From NCBI RefSeq assembly GCF_000010065.1, contig NC_006576.1, positions 2,580,001-2,612,000 on the forward strand: a stretch of 32,000 nucleotides of DNA, given 5' to 3'. Position 1 is the first letter of the stretch. Every line of letters starts with the position of its first letter. This DNA is from Synechococcus elongatus PCC 6301. GTDB lineage: Bacteria > Cyanobacteriota > Cyanobacteriia > Synechococcales > Synechococcaceae. A model generated the notes under the pieces. That model worked only from the letters and a program-made list of their open reading frames with translations. It was not told where the DNA came from and did no database searches. Shown piece by piece: positions 29,273-32,000 of the stretch. Position numbers and translations under genes: made by a program.

Positions 29273-29953
29273 TCAGAGCTGGTTGAGACAGGCTTTTACC
29301 GTTTCTACAGATCCTGTCGCTACAACTCGCCCCTGTTGCAAGAGACAAGCCCCATCGGCGGCTTCGAGTTCTTCGAGCCGGTGAGTAACCCAGAGAGCTG
29401 TCAAACCGCGATCGCGCACTAATTGTTGAACTTGCTGAACTAAGTCGCGCTGACTGTCGCTATCCAAGAGCGCGGTGGGTTCGTCAAACAGGAGTAATTC
29501 ACAGTGGCGAGCGATCGCACCAGCGATCGCCACCCGTTGCTTTTGACCACCACTCAAGGCATAGATCGGCCGCCTTTCGTAATGTGCTAGCCGGACGGCT
29601 GCTAGGGCTTCAGCCACACGCTCTTGAGCTTGAGTGACCGACAGACCCTCTTCGACTAATCCAAAGGCTACATCCGCCCCGACAGTAGGCATCACCAATT
29701 GATGATCGGGATTCTGAAAGACAAACCCCAAGGGGCGATCGCAGGCGATCGTGCCGGATTGCAGCGGCAACAGTCCAGCAATCAGGCGCAGCAGCGTTGA
29801 TTTACCACTGCCGTTATCCCCCAACAGCATCCAGAACTCGCCCCGGGGAATTTGGAGATCGCAATCCTGGAGGATGAACGAGTCGGGCGACCAGCCAAAA
29901 CTGAGCGATCGCACGTCAAGAGCAAAATGAGAAGTGACCGATGGATATTCCAA
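29273..29953 (-). CDS. ABC transporter ATP-binding protein (ECF/CbiO-like)
   Basis: Walker A LGDNGSGKSTLLRLIAG, FVFQNPDHQLVMPTVGADVAFG (CbiO-type), ALSGGQKQRVAIAGAIA signature, LLLFDEPTALLD. Confidence 0.92.
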   Translation of the reverse strand: MEYPSVTSHFALDVRSLSFGWSPDSFILQDCDLQIPRGEFWMLLGDNGSGKSTLLRLIAGLLPLQSGTIACDRPLGFVFQNPDHQLVMPTVGADVAFGLVEEGLSVTQAQERVAEALAAVRLAHYERRPIYALSGGQKQRVAIAGAIARHCELLLFDEPTALLDSDSQRDLVQQVQQLVRDRGLTALWVTHRLEELEAADGACLLQQGRVVATGSVETVKACLNQL

Positions 29954-30000
29954 GAATGCTGAGAGGGCTAAAAGTCAGCTGAGAAGCTTTAGAAATAGTG

Positions 30001-30037
30001 AAGCAGTCTCAGGGATATCGCCTAACCGAGACTGCTT
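30001..30037. terminator. Stem-loop in intergenic region
   Basis: AAGCAGTCTC...GAGACTGCTT perfect 10 bp stem, 17 nt loop, between two minus-strand genes; no strong T tract. Confidence 0.45.
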
Positions 30038-30097
30038 TGCCGCATCAAGTCACTCAACAAGCTGCGACGCTTGGGGCGATCGCTTGGTGAGTAACCG

Positions 30098-30364
30098 TTA
30101 TTCGCCAATCACAGCAAAGCCAGGACGCTTGACCGTGGCACTACCGCCCGACTTCTCGTAGAGCTGGACCGAGGCGATCCCGCTGGTGAGCACTGCCAGC
30201 TTCTTCTCAGCCTGGAACTCGCAGTGCAGCTCCAATACGCTTGGCTGGCCGCTGCGCAAGGCCTCAACCACTTGCTGATAGGCCGCCTGTGCAGCTTCTG
30301 CTTCTTTGCGCTGCACCGAAACCGGCATGGGCGTGAACTTCAGGGAAATCTCAAGGATGTACAT
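30098..30364 (-). CDS. Conserved-looking small hypothetical protein (88 aa)
   Basis: MYILEISLKFTPMPVSVQRKEAEAAQAAYQQVVEAL...LHCEFQAEKKLAVLTSGIASVQLYEKSGG; well-formed compact ORF. Confidence 0.7.
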   Translation of the reverse strand: MYILEISLKFTPMPVSVQRKEAEAAQAAYQQVVEALRSGQPSVLELHCEFQAEKKLAVLTSGIASVQLYEKSGGSATVKRPGFAVIGE

Positions 30365-30446
30365 GGAAGCCTGCGAGACACAACGGCAGCGATCGCTTCC
30401 AGTATCTCAGATCAATATCCCTCCCCGATGGGAGGCAGCCTGCCTA

Positions 30447-30452
30447 TAATGA
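30447..30452 (+). promoter_or_regulatory. Candidate -10 element of psbD
   Basis: Perfect TATAAT about 113 nt upstream of the psbD start with no clear canonical -35 hexamer. Confidence 0.6.
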
Positions 30453-30564
30453 GACGACAGTAACGAAACGTTAAGCTGCGACCTCGGTTGCCATAATCAT
30501 CCATGTTTGTCGCAAACTGCGTTTCTCTGAACTGATATTGCAAATATCTGGAGATTGCTAAGCA

Positions 30565-31623
30565 ATGACGATTGCAGTAGGGCGAGCGCCAGCGGAGCGG
30601 GGATGGTTTGACGTCCTCGACGACTGGCTGAAGCGCGACCGATATGTATTTGTGGGTTGGTCAGGGTTGCTGCTGTTTCCCTGTGCGTATTTAGCACTGG
30701 GCGGGTGGTTGACCGGGACCAGCTTTGTGACGTCGTGGTACACCCACGGCATCGCGTCTTCGTACTTAGAAGGCGGCAACTTTTTGACCGTAGCAGTGAG
30801 CACCCCAGCGGATGCGTTTGGGCATTCGTTGATGCTGCTGTGGGGCCCCGAGGCACAAGGGAACTTCGTGCGTTGGTGCCAGTTGGGTGGCTTGTGGAAC
30901 TTCGTAGCACTGCACGGCGCCTTCGGCCTGATTGGGTTCATGCTGCGTCAATTTGAGATTGCGCGGTTGGTGGGCGTCCGTCCGTACAACGCGATCGCCT
31001 TTTCGGGTCCGATCGCAGTGTTCGTGTCGGTGTTCTTGATGTACCCGTTGGGTCAATCGAGCTGGTTCTTCGCTCCGAGCTTTGGCGTGGCAGCGATTTT
31101 CCGGTTTTTGTTGTTCCTGCAAGGGTTCCACAACTGGACCTTGAACCCATTCCACATGATGGGCGTGGCCGGGATTTTGGGTGGGGCATTGCTGTGCGCC
31201 ATTCACGGTGCGACGGTGGAGAACACCCTGTTCGAGGATTCAGAGCAATCGAACACCTTCCGGGCATTTGAGCCGACGCAGGCCGAAGAGACGTACTCGA
31301 TGGTGACGGCGAACCGTTTTTGGAGCCAGATTTTCGGGATTGCGTTTTCGAACAAGCGGTGGCTGCACTTTTTCATGCTGTTCGTGCCGGTGACGGGCTT
31401 GTGGATGAGCTCGATCGGGATTGTAGGTTTGGCGTTGAACCTGCGGGCGTACGACTTCGTGTCGCAGGAGCTGCGGGCCGCTGAGGATCCGGAATTTGAG
31501 ACGTTCTACACGAAGAACATCTTGTTGAACGAAGGGATTCGGGCCTGGATGGCACCGCAAGACCAACCGCACGAAAAATTCGTCTTCCCCGAAGAGGTTC
31601 TGCCTCGCGGTAACGCTCTCTAG
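30565..31623 (+). CDS. psbD: Photosystem II D2 reaction centre protein
   Basis: 352 aa [62 protein letters not shown]...; stand-alone copy with no overlapping psbC. Confidence 0.98.
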   Translation: MTIAVGRAPAERGWFDVLDDWLKRDRYVFVGWSGLLLFPCAYLALGGWLTGTSFVTSWYTHGIASSYLEGGNFLTVAVSTPADAFGHSLMLLWGPEAQGNFVRWCQLGGLWNFVALHGAFGLIGFMLRQFEIARLVGVRPYNAIAFSGPIAVFVSVFLMYPLGQSSWFFAPSFGVAAIFRFLLFLQGFHNWTLNPFHMMGVAGILGGALLCAIHGATVENTLFEDSEQSNTFRAFEPTQAEETYSMVTANRFWSQIFGIAFSNKRWLHFFMLFVPVTGLWMSSIGIVGLALNLRAYDFVSQELRAAEDPEFETFYTKNILLNEGIRAWMAPQDQPHEKFVFPEEVLPRGNAL

Positions 31624-31655
31624 GCATTTTTCTCTAACAGGAAAGATTTTTGCTC

Positions 31656-31680
31656 AACGGCCTCCCCAAAGGAGGTCGTT
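31656..31680 (+). terminator. Stem-loop downstream of psbD
   Basis: AACGGCCTCC-CCAAA-GGAGGTCGTT, 10 bp stem with one mismatch, no strong T tract. Confidence 0.5.
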
Positions 31681-31899
31681 GCCGTTAGGATAGGGGGCGT
31701 AAACCTGTTGTAGTTGCGCGGAGGTGGTGCCCTCATGGTGGAATGTAGTAAAACCTTGGGTCTGATCGTTGGAGAAAGCCGGCTGTGAGCCGGAACCGTC
31801 CTCTGAGCACGATTCCCAGTAATCTTTAAGGTCTGGAACCAGACTTTAGTCGGAGAGTTCTTCCGGCAGCCAGGTTCCGACGTCATAGACCCGACTAGA

Positions 31900-31937
31900 C
31901 CGCTCCTTGTCATCTGATAGGGAGCGGATAGTTTTTT
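31900..31937 (+). terminator. Rho-independent terminator
   Basis: CCGCTCC...GGAGCGG perfect 7 bp stem followed by ATAGTTTTTT. Confidence 0.7.
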
Positions 31938-32000
31938 GAGCAATTATCAACTCATCAATTCCGTAGCAAAAAGCACGAGATTACTCGTCTCAAGTCGCTA

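Noticed and set aside
30766-31943. Minus-strand ORFs opposite psbD and its downstream region (30766..31206, 31240..31572, 31373..31627, 31620..31943)
   Set aside because: Low-complexity antisense translations of a highly conserved gene or of structured non-coding DNA; no domain or good start context.

Overview
This 32 kb window reads as an ordinary chromosomal segment of a unicellular freshwater cyanobacterium. It is rich in HIP1 (GCGATCGC) sites and gene content fits Synechococcus elongatus. I see no CRISPR array, transposase, prophage or recognisable defence island. Recognisable genes are: murD (partial), a zinc metallopeptidase, a Gfo/Idh/MocA oxidoreductase, cysS, a COP23-like secreted protein, a voltage-gated-type K+ channel with a zinc ribbon, a nitroreductase, katG, a glycerol-dehydrogenase-like protein, a radical SAM protein, a WecG/TagA/CpsF glycosyltransferase, a very large protein resembling eukaryotic phosphorylase kinase alpha/beta subunits, rubrerythrin, a PerR/Fur-family regulator, an alpha/beta hydrolase, rnc, the RNase P RNA (rnpB), a BASS-type transporter, a GAF-GGDEF protein, a DUF389 protein, a NYN-domain protein, an ABC ATPase and a stand-alone psbD. 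Most interesting: (1) the ~1079 aa bacterial protein whose whole length, not just its GH15-like N-terminus, resembles phosphorylase kinase regulatory subunits; (2) a perfect 10-5-10 inverted repeat between the divergent rubrerythrin and PerR-like genes; (3) rnpB directly abutting rnc; (4) a structured, terminator-ended region downstream of psbD that may encode a small RNA. I did not find a clearly new multi-gene system.
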